DNA of 44,171 nucleotides from an uncultured Actinomycetes bacterium. GTDB taxonomy: Bacteria > Actinomycetota > UBA4738 > HRBIN12. Position numbers and translations under genes: made by a program. Below are positions 1 through 8,636 of this stretch, one piece after another (the stretch's first letter is position 1; each line of letters starts with the position of its first letter). A model generated the notes under the pieces. That model was not told the DNA's origin and made no database searches. It saw only the letters and a program-made list of their open reading frames with translations. The DNA lies in contig CAVPIB010000016.1 of assembly GCA_963704885.1 (NCBI GenBank), positions 1-44,171 of the forward strand, written 5' to 3'.

Positions 1-10
1 TGACTGCCAT
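1..10 (-). CDS. Probable start of a gene running off the left edge
   Basis: Minus strand reads AGGAG-cgcgag-ATG GCA GTC; a TAGGCT -10-like hexamer lies at 53-48. Only three codons are visible. Confidence 0.4.
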
Positions 11-177
11 CTCGCGCTCCTAACAGGTGATCCGGACCGACCGATACAGCCTACCCGCGCTTCGGACGGAAAGTCCACCAGATAGGTCGGATTCAAGATC
101 TAGGGACCGACCGGCCATCGGCAGGTGCGGGCCAAGCGCGGCTCAGACGGCTTGGAGGGATCCGCCCGAACGCCGTA

Positions 178-203
178 GGGAGCCGCCCAGAAGGGCGGCT
201 CCC
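178..203 (-). terminator. GC-rich hairpin downstream of the carbonic anhydrase gene
   Basis: Perfect 11-bp stem GGGAGCCGCCC-AGAA-GGGCGGCTCCC, about 22 nt past the stop at 226; no U tract. Confidence 0.65.
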
Positions 204-225
204 GAGCGGGGATAGCGACGTGCGA

Positions 226-732
226 TCAGCTCACAGGCACGACCTCGCGGATCTCTCCGGTGCCCACGTCGTAGACGTGGCCGGAGACCGAAACGTCGTC
301 GGGCAGCGAGTCGAGCGAACGAAGCGCCTCGACATCGTCGCGAACGCTTTGGTCAAGGTCGGAGAAGGTCAGGAAGTCGGCCTCCCCGACGTCAACGCCC
401 TTCTCGTTCCGGATCTTGTCGCGCAACACATCGTCCGTGAACGTGGCCATCCCGCAGTCCGTGTGGTGGATGACCGCGAACTCCCGGGTCCCGAGCAACC
501 AGCTCGAGACCGTGAGCGATCGGATCGCGTCGCCGGACGCTCGCCCTCCAGCGTTCCTGATCACGTGGGCGTCTCCGATGTCGAGGCCGAGCGCCTTGGC
601 CGGGTCGATCCTCGCGTCGATGCACGTGAGGATCGCGACCCCACGGGCAGGAGGGATCTGGAGGTCGCCGCCGTCGAAGTCTGCGACGAACGCCTCGTTG
701 GCCTGAAGCATCTTCTCGAGCTCGCCCATCAT
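226..732 (-). CDS. Beta-class carbonic anhydrase
   Basis: Zn motifs LTCIDARI, RNAGG and HHTDCG. Start placed at ATG 732, which overlaps the upstream TGA (TGATG). Confidence 0.92.
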   Translation of the reverse strand: MMGELEKMLQANEAFVADFDGGDLQIPPARGVAILTCIDARIDPAKALGLDIGDAHVIRNAGGRASGDAIRSLTVSSWLLGTREFAVIHHTDCGMATFTDDVLRDKIRNEKGVDVGEADFLTFSDLDQSVRDDVEALRSLDSLPDDVSVSGHVYDVGTGEIREVVPVS

Positions 733-1574
733 CAACCCACCTCCACCGGTGCGCCCACGAGCGAGCCGTACTCGGTCCACGACCCGTCGTAGTTCTTGAC
801 GTTCGTGTAGCCGAGCAGCTCCTGCAGGGCGAACCACGTGTGAGACGAGCGCTCCCCGATCCGGCAGTATGCGATCACCTCGCGATCGGAGGTGATGCCC
901 TCCGCCTCGTAGAGCGCCTTAAGCTCGTCGGCGCTCTTGAAGGTTCCGTCTTCGTTCGCCGCCTTCGCCCAAGGGATGTTCGCGGCCCCAGGCACGTGGC
1001 CGGGAACCTGCGACTGCTCCTGAGGCAGATGGTCGGGCGCCAGCTTCTCGCCCCGATACTCCTCCGGAGAGCGAACGTCCACCAGCCCTACCTGACCTAT
1101 CTTGGCGATGACCTCATCGCGCCAAGCGCGGATCGCAGGCCGTTCAGCGCCCTGGATGGTGAGCCCGGTCGCCGCGTAGGTCGGAACCTCCTGCGTCAGA
1201 GGCCGGGACTCGAGCTCCCATCGCTTCCGTCCACCGTCCAGGAGCTTCACGTCGTCGAACCCGCGGAGCTTCAAGATCCAGTACGCGTATGCCGCGAACC
1301 AGTTGTTGTTCCCTCCGTACAGGACGACCGTGGTGTCGATCCCGACGCCGGCGGCCGACAGCAGCTTGGCCAGCTCGTCTTGCGACACGTAGTCCCGCCC
1401 GACCTTCGTATGCAGGTCGGTGCTCCAGTTCCAACCCACCGCCCCTTCGATGTGACCCTTGTCGTAGGCGGCGCTGTCCTCATCCACCTCGATCAGGCGG
1501 ATCGCGTCATCACCGATCCGGTCTTGCAGCCAGTCGACGTCGACGAGCACGTCCGGCTTGGCGTAGTCGGTCAT
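732..1574 (-). CDS. Thiosulfate/3-mercaptopyruvate sulfurtransferase (two-domain rhodanese, CysA/SseA type)
   Basis: GHIEGAV, LLDGG, DVRSPEEY, active-site YCRIGERSS and NYDGSWTEY; SD GAAGGAG before ATG 1574. Confidence 0.95.
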   Translation of the reverse strand: MTDYAKPDVLVDVDWLQDRIGDDAIRLIEVDEDSAAYDKGHIEGAVGWNWSTDLHTKVGRDYVSQDELAKLLSAAGVGIDTTVVLYGGNNNWFAAYAYWILKLRGFDDVKLLDGGRKRWELESRPLTQEVPTYAATGLTIQGAERPAIRAWRDEVIAKIGQVGLVDVRSPEEYRGEKLAPDHLPQEQSQVPGHVPGAANIPWAKAANEDGTFKSADELKALYEAEGITSDREVIAYCRIGERSSHTWFALQELLGYTNVKNYDGSWTEYGSLVGAPVEVG

Positions 1575-1620
1575 CCGATCGCTCCTTCCACCCGGTTCCA
1601 ACCGGTCCCGGGAACGAGAA

Positions 1621-1640
1621 GAGGCCGCGTAGGCGGCCTC
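1621..1640 (-). terminator. Leader hairpin (candidate attenuator) upstream of the rhodanese gene
   Basis: Perfect 8-bp stem GAGGCCGC-CTAC-GCGGCCTC followed by TTCTCGTT on the minus strand. Confidence 0.55.
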
Positions 1641-1667
1641 GGACGGTTCGGTTCCGGGATGGCGGAG

Positions 1668-1739
1668 CTAGGGCCGCGAGAGCGTCGGCGTCTCCCGGAG
1701 GACGCGCGTGGGCATACAGCACAGGCGGGATGGGATCAT
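1668..1739 (-). CDS. Putative Cys-Cys leader peptide MIPSRLCCMPTRVLRETPTLSRP
   Basis: Hand-translated 23-aa sORF with tandem TGC TGT codons upstream of the hairpin and rhodanese; may extend to CTG 1775 behind GGAGG. Confidence 0.55.
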   Translation of the reverse strand: MIPSRLCCMPTRVLRETPTLSRP

Positions 1740-1775
1740 CGCCCCAACGAGCCCACGGCAGCGAGTGCGGATCAG

Positions 1776-1800
1776 ATTCCTACCTCCACGGTCGGGAATT
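1776..1800. promoter_or_regulatory. Imperfect palindrome resembling an Rrf2-family (CymR/IscR-like) operator
   Basis: ATTCCTACC-TCCAC-GGTCGGGAATT upstream of the sulfur-transfer operon; the regulator identity is inferred. Confidence 0.4.
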
Positions 1801-1857
1801 GCAGGTGCAAGTATCCCGGTGACCCTCGTGGAGTGTCAAGGGGAAGCTCGCGCCAGC

Positions 1858-2220
1858 TCAGAAGATGCCGAGCGCAGCCTTGGCTTCCTCGGACATCATC
1901 TCGGGGTTCCATGCGGGGCGGAGAACCATCTCGGGCCGAACCTCGCCCACGCCGTCGATGTTCGCGAGCAGGGCTCTCATCTGGTCCTCGATCATCGGCC
2001 CGATCGGGCAGCCCATCGTCGTGAGCGAGTATTCGATGTCGACCCCTCCGCTGTCATCGACGCGGACCTCGTAGACCAAACCCAGGTCCACGATGTTTAT
2101 CCCCAGCTCGGGATCGAATACGTTCTTGAGAGTTTCCAGCACCTGCTCATCCAAGGTCGGCGGTCGGCCGATACTCGTCTGGACGTCTGTATCCGCAGCT
2201 ACGGTTTCCTGCTCGTTCAT
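1858..2220 (-). CDS. Metal-sulfur cluster assembly factor (DUF59/SufT family)
   Basis: DPELGINIVDLGLVY, LTTMGCP, PAWNPEMMSE. Confidence 0.93.
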   Translation of the reverse strand: MNEQETVAADTDVQTSIGRPPTLDEQVLETLKNVFDPELGINIVDLGLVYEVRVDDSGGVDIEYSLTTMGCPIGPMIEDQMRALLANIDGVGEVRPEMVLRPAWNPEMMSEEAKAALGIF

Positions 2221-2303
2221 AGGGAACCTTCCGGGGTCGGTGGCTCTATGGCTCTATCCTGTACGAAGCGTACTTCCTCGGACGCGAAAGGGGCCCGAAG
2301 CTC

Positions 2304-2942
2304 GTGCTCACGATCCGCGCATTGATCGTCGATGACCATCCCGTCACCCGGGAGGGCCTTCGGACGGCGCTCGAGCTCTCCGAGGACGTCGTCGTCATCG
2401 GAGAGGCCGCCAGCGGAGAGGAAGCGGTAGAACAGGCCCGTGAACTAACGCCTGACGTGGTGTTCATGGATGTCCGCATGCCGGGCATCGACGGCATCGA
2501 GGCGACCCGCCAGATCCTTCAAGCCGCGCCCGAGACCAAGGTGATCCTCATCACGATCGACGACTCCCGCAACGCGGTGTCTCAGGCGATCCAGGCGGGG
2601 GTCTCCGGATACCTATTGAAGGACGCCTCCGCCGATACATTGGTCGACGCGGCTCGCAGCGCGATCGAGGGCAACGCCATGATCCACCCCCAGATCACGA
2701 AGACGTTCATCGAAGAGGCCCGGCTGGGCGACGCCACCTCTGGTACCACACCGCTCTCGAAGCGCGAGCGAGAGATCCTCCAGCGCGTGGCCGACGGCGC
2801 CACCACGAAGCAGGTGGCCGCCGATCTGGGCATCTCGCCCCACACGGTCAAGACCCACCTGGAACGGATCTTCGAGAAGCTGGGCGCGAACGACCGGGCA
2901 CAGGCGGTCGCGATCGCCATCCGGCAGGGCATAGTTCACTAA
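2304..2942 (+). CDS. NarL/LuxR-family response regulator
   Basis: [23 protein letters not shown] and a C-terminal HTH (LSKREREIL...ISPHTVKTH). Confidence 0.95.
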   Translation: MLTIRALIVDDHPVTREGLRTALELSEDVVVIGEAASGEEAVEQARELTPDVVFMDVRMPGIDGIEATRQILQAAPETKVILITIDDSRNAVSQAIQAGVSGYLLKDASADTLVDAARSAIEGNAMIHPQITKTFIEEARLGDATSGTTPLSKREREILQRVADGATTKQVAADLGISPHTVKTHLERIFEKLGANDRAQAVAIAIRQGIVH

Positions 2943-2985
2943 CGGTCAGCTCAACCCGCCCACCGGGGTACCGATACAGACACGG

Positions 2986-4173
2986 ATGAAGGTCTTGCTG
3001 TGCGATTCCGCCGATGAGGTCACGCGCCTCCAGTTCGCGTTGCTCGCGCGTGATCCACTGGCAGAGGTCCAAGTGACCACCGACGCCGAACGCGTGATCG
3101 AGCTCGCGGCCGGGTTCCAGCCCGACGCGGTGGTGACCGAGTTGGGCCTGGAGGGCCCCAAAGACGCCGAACTGGTGCGCCGGCTGCGTGACGCGGCTCC
3201 ACTGTCGGCGATCATCGGCTGGACGCGCCTACGTGATCCCGGTCGCCTCTCACGGGTCCTGGCCGAAGGGGCTTCCGGATACCTGCTCAAGGAGGACGGG
3301 GTCGAGGAGGCCGCGCAGGCGATCGAGTCGGCCGTGGGCGGAGCGATCGTCCTGTCCCGCAGTGCCGCGGCCCTCCTCGGGGGCGAGCTGAGCGACGCAC
3401 TCACACGGGTCGCCGAGCTCGAGGTCGAAGCCCGCGAGATCCACCAGCAGATGCAGGATGGCACTAATGCCAAATCCGAGTTCCTGGCGAACGTGTCCCA
3501 CGAGCTCCGGACGCCGGTCACGGTGGCGAAGGGGATCGCGTACGTGCTTCGCAATCCGAGCGTCGGCGACGAGGAGCGCGCCGAGTTCATAGAACAACTC
3601 CAGAGCTCACTCGACAAGCTGGCAGGGCTCGTGGACGAGATCATCGCGATCTCGGAGCTCGAGCAGGGGACGTTCAAGCTCGAGATCGACTACATAGACC
3701 TGGCTCCGTTGATCGAACAGGCCGTCAGGGAGGTAGGCGCTCACTACCCTGCGGTGCCTGTGCTCCCGCATCTCCCGCTGGCGCTGTTCGCCTTGGCGGA
3801 CGGATCGCGGATCTACGGCGTCATCCAGGAGCTGCTGGAGAACGCGTGTCGGTACTCGCCAGAAAACGTCGCTGTGGAGATCCGCGCCCGCGTGATGGAC
3901 GAGGGCATCGTGATCTCGGTGACCGATCAAGGGGTGGGGATGGACCGTGAGATCGCCTGGCGGTCGTTCGAGCAGCCGTTCTCGACCGGCGAGGCCACCC
4001 TGCGCAAGGAGAAGGCAGGCGCCGGCGTCGGGCTGCACCTCTCGCGGCAGTTGGTCGTACGGCACGGCGGGATCTTGTGGACCGACCCCGTGCCGGCAGG
4101 AGGCACGCGTGTGTCGTTCTGTCTCCCTTCGCGCGCCGGCGCGCGGTTCGCCGCACCTCCGGGCGCCGCCTGA
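2986..4173 (+). CDS. Cytoplasmic histidine kinase with an N-terminal atypical receiver domain
   Basis: H box FLANVSHELRTP, N box ELLENACRYS, G1 DQGVGM, G2 GAGVGL; REC-like N-terminus; no TM segment seen. Confidence 0.9.
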   Translation: MKVLLCDSADEVTRLQFALLARDPLAEVQVTTDAERVIELAAGFQPDAVVTELGLEGPKDAELVRRLRDAAPLSAIIGWTRLRDPGRLSRVLAEGASGYLLKEDGVEEAAQAIESAVGGAIVLSRSAAALLGGELSDALTRVAELEVEAREIHQQMQDGTNAKSEFLANVSHELRTPVTVAKGIAYVLRNPSVGDEERAEFIEQLQSSLDKLAGLVDEIIAISELEQGTFKLEIDYIDLAPLIEQAVREVGAHYPAVPVLPHLPLALFALADGSRIYGVIQELLENACRYSPENVAVEIRARVMDEGIVISVTDQGVGMDREIAWRSFEQPFSTGEATLRKEKAGAGVGLHLSRQLVVRHGGILWTDPVPAGGTRVSFCLPSRAGARFAAPPGAA

Positions 4174-4245
4174 CCCAGGAGGCCCGCCAACCCCGGCTGG
4201 CAATCTTCGAGGTCCGCGACTATCCTCCGCGCGGGGGATCGGCGG

Positions 4246-4977
4246 TTGCGGAGAGCCATCCTGGGGATAGTGGTGGTCGTGACGGGTGCGGGCTGCACCC
4301 CGTCTATTTCCGACACGGATCCACCCGGCGCGATCGAAGCCATCCGCATCCAGAAGTCGCCTTCTCCCTATTCGCAGGTGACCGCCGGATCTATCCGGGC
4401 TCTCGTCCCGGACGGCTGGAACGCCATCGATGCCTCGAGCGGGGGCCGCCAGGGGTTCTTCGCTTCCCCCAAGCCCCAGGCCTGGTCGCGTATGGACGGT
4501 GCGACTGAAGGGATCGCGGCCACGTGGGTCGACGCGACGGCGGTCGGCGTTCCCTCAGACTTCTACTACCTGGCGGCCACCGGACCACTCTTCTCTCGAC
4601 TGATCCACTCCCCCGACTGTCGGGCCGAGTCGCAGGAGGTCTTCCTTGACAACGAACCGGCCTTCGCCACCGGGTCCCAGGACTCACCCGGCGACTACAT
4701 GGCGCGCGGCGAGGGCACGTGTCATGCGCGGGGACACCGAACCCGATGGGCGTACTTCGTAGCAGCACCCGGGTTCGGTCCGGTGAGACAGCTGGGGATC
4801 CCCAAGTCGGGGCTCTACGTGGTGGTGGCGGTCCTGCATGACGGTCAAAGAGCGGGACAGGTGCTCCAACGGTTGATCGCCCGAACGCGTTTCGGCGATG
4901 CCGCGATCAGGGATTTCGTCCGCCTGGCTCGCGGGCGGATCTCGGTCGCCCCCGCGACCGCGGCGACCACGGTCTGA
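4246..4977 (+). CDS. Hypothetical lipoprotein
   Basis: MRRAILGIVVVVTGAG-C signal with lipobox-like Cys; fills the gap to convergent gcvT. Confidence 0.7.
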   Translation: MRRAILGIVVVVTGAGCTPSISDTDPPGAIEAIRIQKSPSPYSQVTAGSIRALVPDGWNAIDASSGGRQGFFASPKPQAWSRMDGATEGIAATWVDATAVGVPSDFYYLAATGPLFSRLIHSPDCRAESQEVFLDNEPAFATGSQDSPGDYMARGEGTCHARGHRTRWAYFVAAPGFGPVRQLGIPKSGLYVVVAVLHDGQRAGQVLQRLIARTRFGDAAIRDFVRLARGRISVAPATAATTV

Positions 4978-4981
4978 GGAT

Positions 4982-6100
4982 CTACCTCGGGCTCCGGTCG
5001 ACGAACGGCGGGCGGACGACCGTCGCGATGCCCCGGCGTCCACGGATGTCCACCTCGACCTTCGCGCCGAGATCCACGACATCGCCAGGCCACAGGTACG
5101 CGAGCGCTATCCCTTTCTGGAGCAGAGGGGAGAACGTCCCACTCGTGACCTCGCCGATCAGTAGATCCCCCGCGAACACGGGGTAGTGCGCGCGGGGGAT
5201 GTGCCGACGATCCTCCATGAGCAACCCCAGGAGGCGGCTCGGCAACCCCTCCGCCTTCTGGTGGACCAGCGCCTCCCGACCCCGGAAACGCCCCTTGTCG
5301 AGCGCCACCGCCCAACCAAGTCCGGCCTCCAGAGCGGTCGATGCTTCGAACAGGTCCTGGCCGTAGAGGGGGTACCCCATCTCGAGCCTGAGGACATCGC
5401 GAGCGGCGAGCCCGCAGGGAGCTCCCCCGAAGGGCTGCATCGCCTCGGTGAGCTCGTGCCAGAGGTCGAGTGCGATGTCCTGGTAGGTGAAGAGCTCGAA
5501 ACCGATCTCACCCGTATAGCCCGATCTGGTCAAGATGACCGGTCGCCGGTGGTACTCCGATCCCGCGCACTGCATGAAGGCCAGATCGCCGGCCTCCGGG
5601 AAGAGATGGGTCATCACGTGCACCGCCTCCGGGCCCTGGACCGCCAGGAAACACCAGTCCTGGTGATACATCAGGTGCAACCGATCGTGCGCCTGCTCCT
5701 CCTCCAACATGCGCAGTACCCGCGGTGCGTTCGAGGCGTTCGGGACCACGAAGAACCGCTCTTCCTCCATGCGGTAGACGATCAGGTCCTCGATAACCCC
5801 TCCCCCATCGTTCAGGACCAGGTTGTAGAGCGCCTCACCTACCGCCGCCTTCGACAGATCGTTCGAGACCACCCCTTGCAGCATGCCGAGGGCCCCCGGA
5901 CCGGTGACGTCCACCTTCCCCAGATGCGTCAGATCGAACAGGCCGACCCGCTCCCGGACGGCCTTGTGCTCGGCCAACGCCCCCTCGTACTCGATAGGCA
6001 TCAACCAGCCTGCGAACGGAGCGAGCTTGGCTCCCAGTCGTCGATGCTCGTCCTCGAGCGGTGTGTGTTTCAGGTCCTCGGGTGCATCGCCAACATCCAC
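4982..6100 (-). CDS. gcvT: Glycine cleavage system aminomethyltransferase T
   Basis: TPL..EH, FAGWLMPIEY, GLFDLTHLG, RSGYTGEIGFE, ARDVLRLEMG, VTSGTFSP. GTG 6100 is preferred (TACCAT 7 nt upstream); ATG 6130 is the alternative. Confidence 0.95.
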   Translation of the reverse strand: MDVGDAPEDLKHTPLEDEHRRLGAKLAPFAGWLMPIEYEGALAEHKAVRERVGLFDLTHLGKVDVTGPGALGMLQGVVSNDLSKAAVGEALYNLVLNDGGGVIEDLIVYRMEEERFFVVPNASNAPRVLRMLEEEQAHDRLHLMYHQDWCFLAVQGPEAVHVMTHLFPEAGDLAFMQCAGSEYHRRPVILTRSGYTGEIGFELFTYQDIALDLWHELTEAMQPFGGAPCGLAARDVLRLEMGYPLYGQDLFEASTALEAGLGWAVALDKGRFRGREALVHQKAEGLPSRLLGLLMEDRRHIPRAHYPVFAGDLLIGEVTSGTFSPLLQKGIALAYLWPGDVVDLGAKVEVDIRGRRGIATVVRPPFVDRSPR

Positions 6101-6188
6101 GGGTGGGATGGTACGGCGCGCGCGAGGCATCGAGGACGTCGTAGCGCAGACGGTCGCTCGTGATGAGGACGGTAGACTTGCCCTTCGG

Positions 6189-7568
6189 ATGGCTGACGGC
6201 TACGACGTAGTGGTGATCGGCGCCGGGACGGGCGGGTACTCCGCCGCGCTCCGAGCGGCGCAGCTCGGTAAACGCGTGGCCATCGTCGAGCGCGACGATC
6301 GGTTGGGCGGCACCTGCCTCCTGCGGGGTTGCATCCCTACGAAGGCTCTCCTTCAGTCTGCCTCGGTGATGGACACGGTGAACCGCGCGGCCGATTGGGG
6401 CATCAAGGCCTCGGGCGAACCCGATTGGTCGGCCGTGAAGGCCTTCGAGGACGCCACCGTCGACAAGTTGGTGACCGGTCTCAAAGGCCTGATCCGGCAC
6501 CGAGGGATCGACGTGATCACGGGCACGGCTCGCTTGCTGGCAGGACCCGCGGTCGAGGTCGACGGGAGGAGGATCGACGCCGCCGACGTGGTATTGGCGA
6601 CGGGCTCCAGCCCCAAGCTCTTGCCGGGCGTCGACCTGACAGACCGGATCATCACGAGCGACCAGGCGCTCTGGTACGACACCATCCCTGCGTCGGCGAT
6701 CGTGATCGGTGCCGGCGCCGTGGGGCTCGAGTTCGCCTCGGTCTACCGCTCGTTCGGCGCGGAGGTGACCCTGATCGAGGCGCTTCCCCGCCTGGCTCCG
6801 CTGGAAGACGAGGATGTCTCTAAGGAGATCGCGAAGGCGTTCCGCAAGCGGGCGATCTCCACACAGGCCGGGGCCTCGGTCCAGGAGGTCAAGGACACCG
6901 GCGATCATGTCGAGGTCACGTATGACGCGGGCGGGGCGAAGACCGTCACCGCGGATGTCTGTCTGATCGCGGTTGGCCGCGGCCCCGTGACCGACGAGCT
7001 GGGTCTGGAGGAGGTGGGGGTCACGTTGCACGAGAAGGGGTTCGTGAACGTAGACGACCGTCTCATGACCAGTTCCGACCACGTGTGGGCACTGGGCGAC
7101 GTCGCGGCCACACCCCTGCAACTGGCCCACGTGGCCTTCACCGAGGGGTACGCGGTCGCCGAACGGATCGCCGGCCTGGACGTGCCGCCCATCGACTACC
7201 TGAACATCCCCAGGGTCACGTACTGCACCCCCGAGATCGCCTCGGTGGGGCTCACCGAAACTCAGGCCGCCGAACGCGGAGCCGAGGTCACGACCCATAA
7301 GCTCGACTTCCGGTCGATCGGGAAGGCCAACATCGTCGGTGAGGGCGGCTTCGTGAAGGTGATCGCCGAGGCAGACGATGGGCCCGTTCTCGGGATCCAC
7401 ATGATCGGTCCACACGTCACAGACCTGATCTCCGAGGCCATGCTCATAACGAACTGGGAGGCCGTGCCCTCGGAGGTCGCCGCCCTGATCCACCCGCACC
7501 CGACGCTTTCCGAAGCGATCGGCGAGGCGCACCTGGCGCTCGCCGGCAAGCCGCTTCACTCCGCGTAG
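6189..7568 (+). CDS. lpdA: Dihydrolipoyl dehydrogenase (E3)
   Basis: GAGTGG FAD motif, GGTCLLRGCIP redox disulfide, GAGAVGLE, HPHPTLSE. Confidence 0.96.
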   Translation: MADGYDVVVIGAGTGGYSAALRAAQLGKRVAIVERDDRLGGTCLLRGCIPTKALLQSASVMDTVNRAADWGIKASGEPDWSAVKAFEDATVDKLVTGLKGLIRHRGIDVITGTARLLAGPAVEVDGRRIDAADVVLATGSSPKLLPGVDLTDRIITSDQALWYDTIPASAIVIGAGAVGLEFASVYRSFGAEVTLIEALPRLAPLEDEDVSKEIAKAFRKRAISTQAGASVQEVKDTGDHVEVTYDAGGAKTVTADVCLIAVGRGPVTDELGLEEVGVTLHEKGFVNVDDRLMTSSDHVWALGDVAATPLQLAHVAFTEGYAVAERIAGLDVPPIDYLNIPRVTYCTPEIASVGLTETQAAERGAEVTTHKLDFRSIGKANIVGEGGFVKVIAEADDGPVLGIHMIGPHVTDLISEAMLITNWEAVPSEVAALIHPHPTLSEAIGEAHLALAGKPLHSA

Positions 7569-7577
7569 AGGAGGATC

Positions 7578-8636
7578 GTGGCCACGGACATCCAGACGCC
7601 CGTCGAGCACGGCGATCGTCCCCTGTCAGACGATCGCCTGAAGGCGATGCTCCACACGCTCAAGCTGTGTCGGTACTTCGATGAGCGGATGGAGGCCCTG
7701 TACCGGCAGGGGCGGCTCCCAGGGGCGATCTACTCCGGTCGTGGCCAGGAGGGAACGCACGTGGGCGTCGCGTTCGCCCTTGAGGACGACGATTCGCTGT
7801 TCCCCACCCACCGCGATCTCTCGGCACAGATCGCTAAGGGGCTGGATCTCAAACGCGTGATGGCGCAGTACTGGGGACGGATCGACGGGTACACGCGGGG
7901 GCGAGATGGCAACAGCCACATCGGTGATTGGGCCGGCAACCGAACGTTCACGGTGATCTCGCACCTCCCGATCGCCTACCCCGTGGCGTGTGGCGCCGCG
8001 CTGGCGTACAAGCGGGCGGGTGACCGTCGTGTTGCCATGGCGATCTGCGGCGACGGCTCAACCTCCAACGGTCGGTGGCACGAAGCGTTGAACTGGTCGT
8101 CGATCCAGCAGCTCCCGGTGGTGTGGATCGTCAACAACAACCAGTTCGCGTACTCCACCCCCAACACCTTGGAGTTCAACGTGGCGACGATCGCCGAGCG
8201 CGCGGTGGCCTACGGCATGCCCGGCGTCCGCGTCGACGGCGGTGACGTCTTGGAGGTCTATGGAGCCGCCCTCGAGGCGGTCGATAGGGCCAGGGACGGC
8301 GGCGGACCCACGCTCATCGAATCCGTGTCGCTCAGGTGGAGGGGGCACGCCGGGCACGACCCGGCGAAGTACATGCCGAACGAGCTGCTCGAGCGGTACA
8401 TGGCCGAGAAGGACCCCGTGAAGAACTTCGAGGAGTACCTGCTCGCCGAGGGCGTGGTCACGAAGGAAGACATCGGCGACGTCCAGGAGCTGGTCGAGCG
8501 AGAGTTCGACGAGGGCTACGAATTCGCGCAGGCCTCGCCGTTCCCCGAGCCCGGCGACGTGACGAAGGGCCTGTGGGTCGAGGACGGGTACTGGAGCGGC
8601 GACGCCGGTCGCGGCGGCGGGACGGGGCCCGACTGA
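7578..8636 (+). CDS. 2-oxoacid dehydrogenase E1 alpha subunit (TPP-dependent)
   Basis: GQEG, GDGSTSNG...NNNQFAYS TPP motif, RWRGHAGHD; SD GAGGAGG. Confidence 0.93.
   Translation: MATDIQTPVEHGDRPLSDDRLKAMLHTLKLCRYFDERMEALYRQGRLPGAIYSGRGQEGTHVGVAFALEDDDSLFPTHRDLSAQIAKGLDLKRVMAQYWGRIDGYTRGRDGNSHIGDWAGNRTFTVISHLPIAYPVACGAALAYKRAGDRRVAMAICGDGSTSNGRWHEALNWSSIQQLPVVWIVNNNQFAYSTPNTLEFNVATIAERAVAYGMPGVRVDGGDVLEVYGAALEAVDRARDGGGPTLIESVSLRWRGHAGHDPAKYMPNELLERYMAEKDPVKNFEEYLLAEGVVTKEDIGDVQELVEREFDEGYEFAQASPFPEPGDVTKGLWVEDGYWSGDAGRGGGTGPD

Noticed and set aside
5835-7610. 591-aa minus-strand ORF, and similar long ORFs 840-2024, 5186-6163, 8516-9949, 41215-42279 and 42403-43644
   Set aside because: Antisense shadows of well-supported genes, expected in high-GC DNA; no recognisable motifs.
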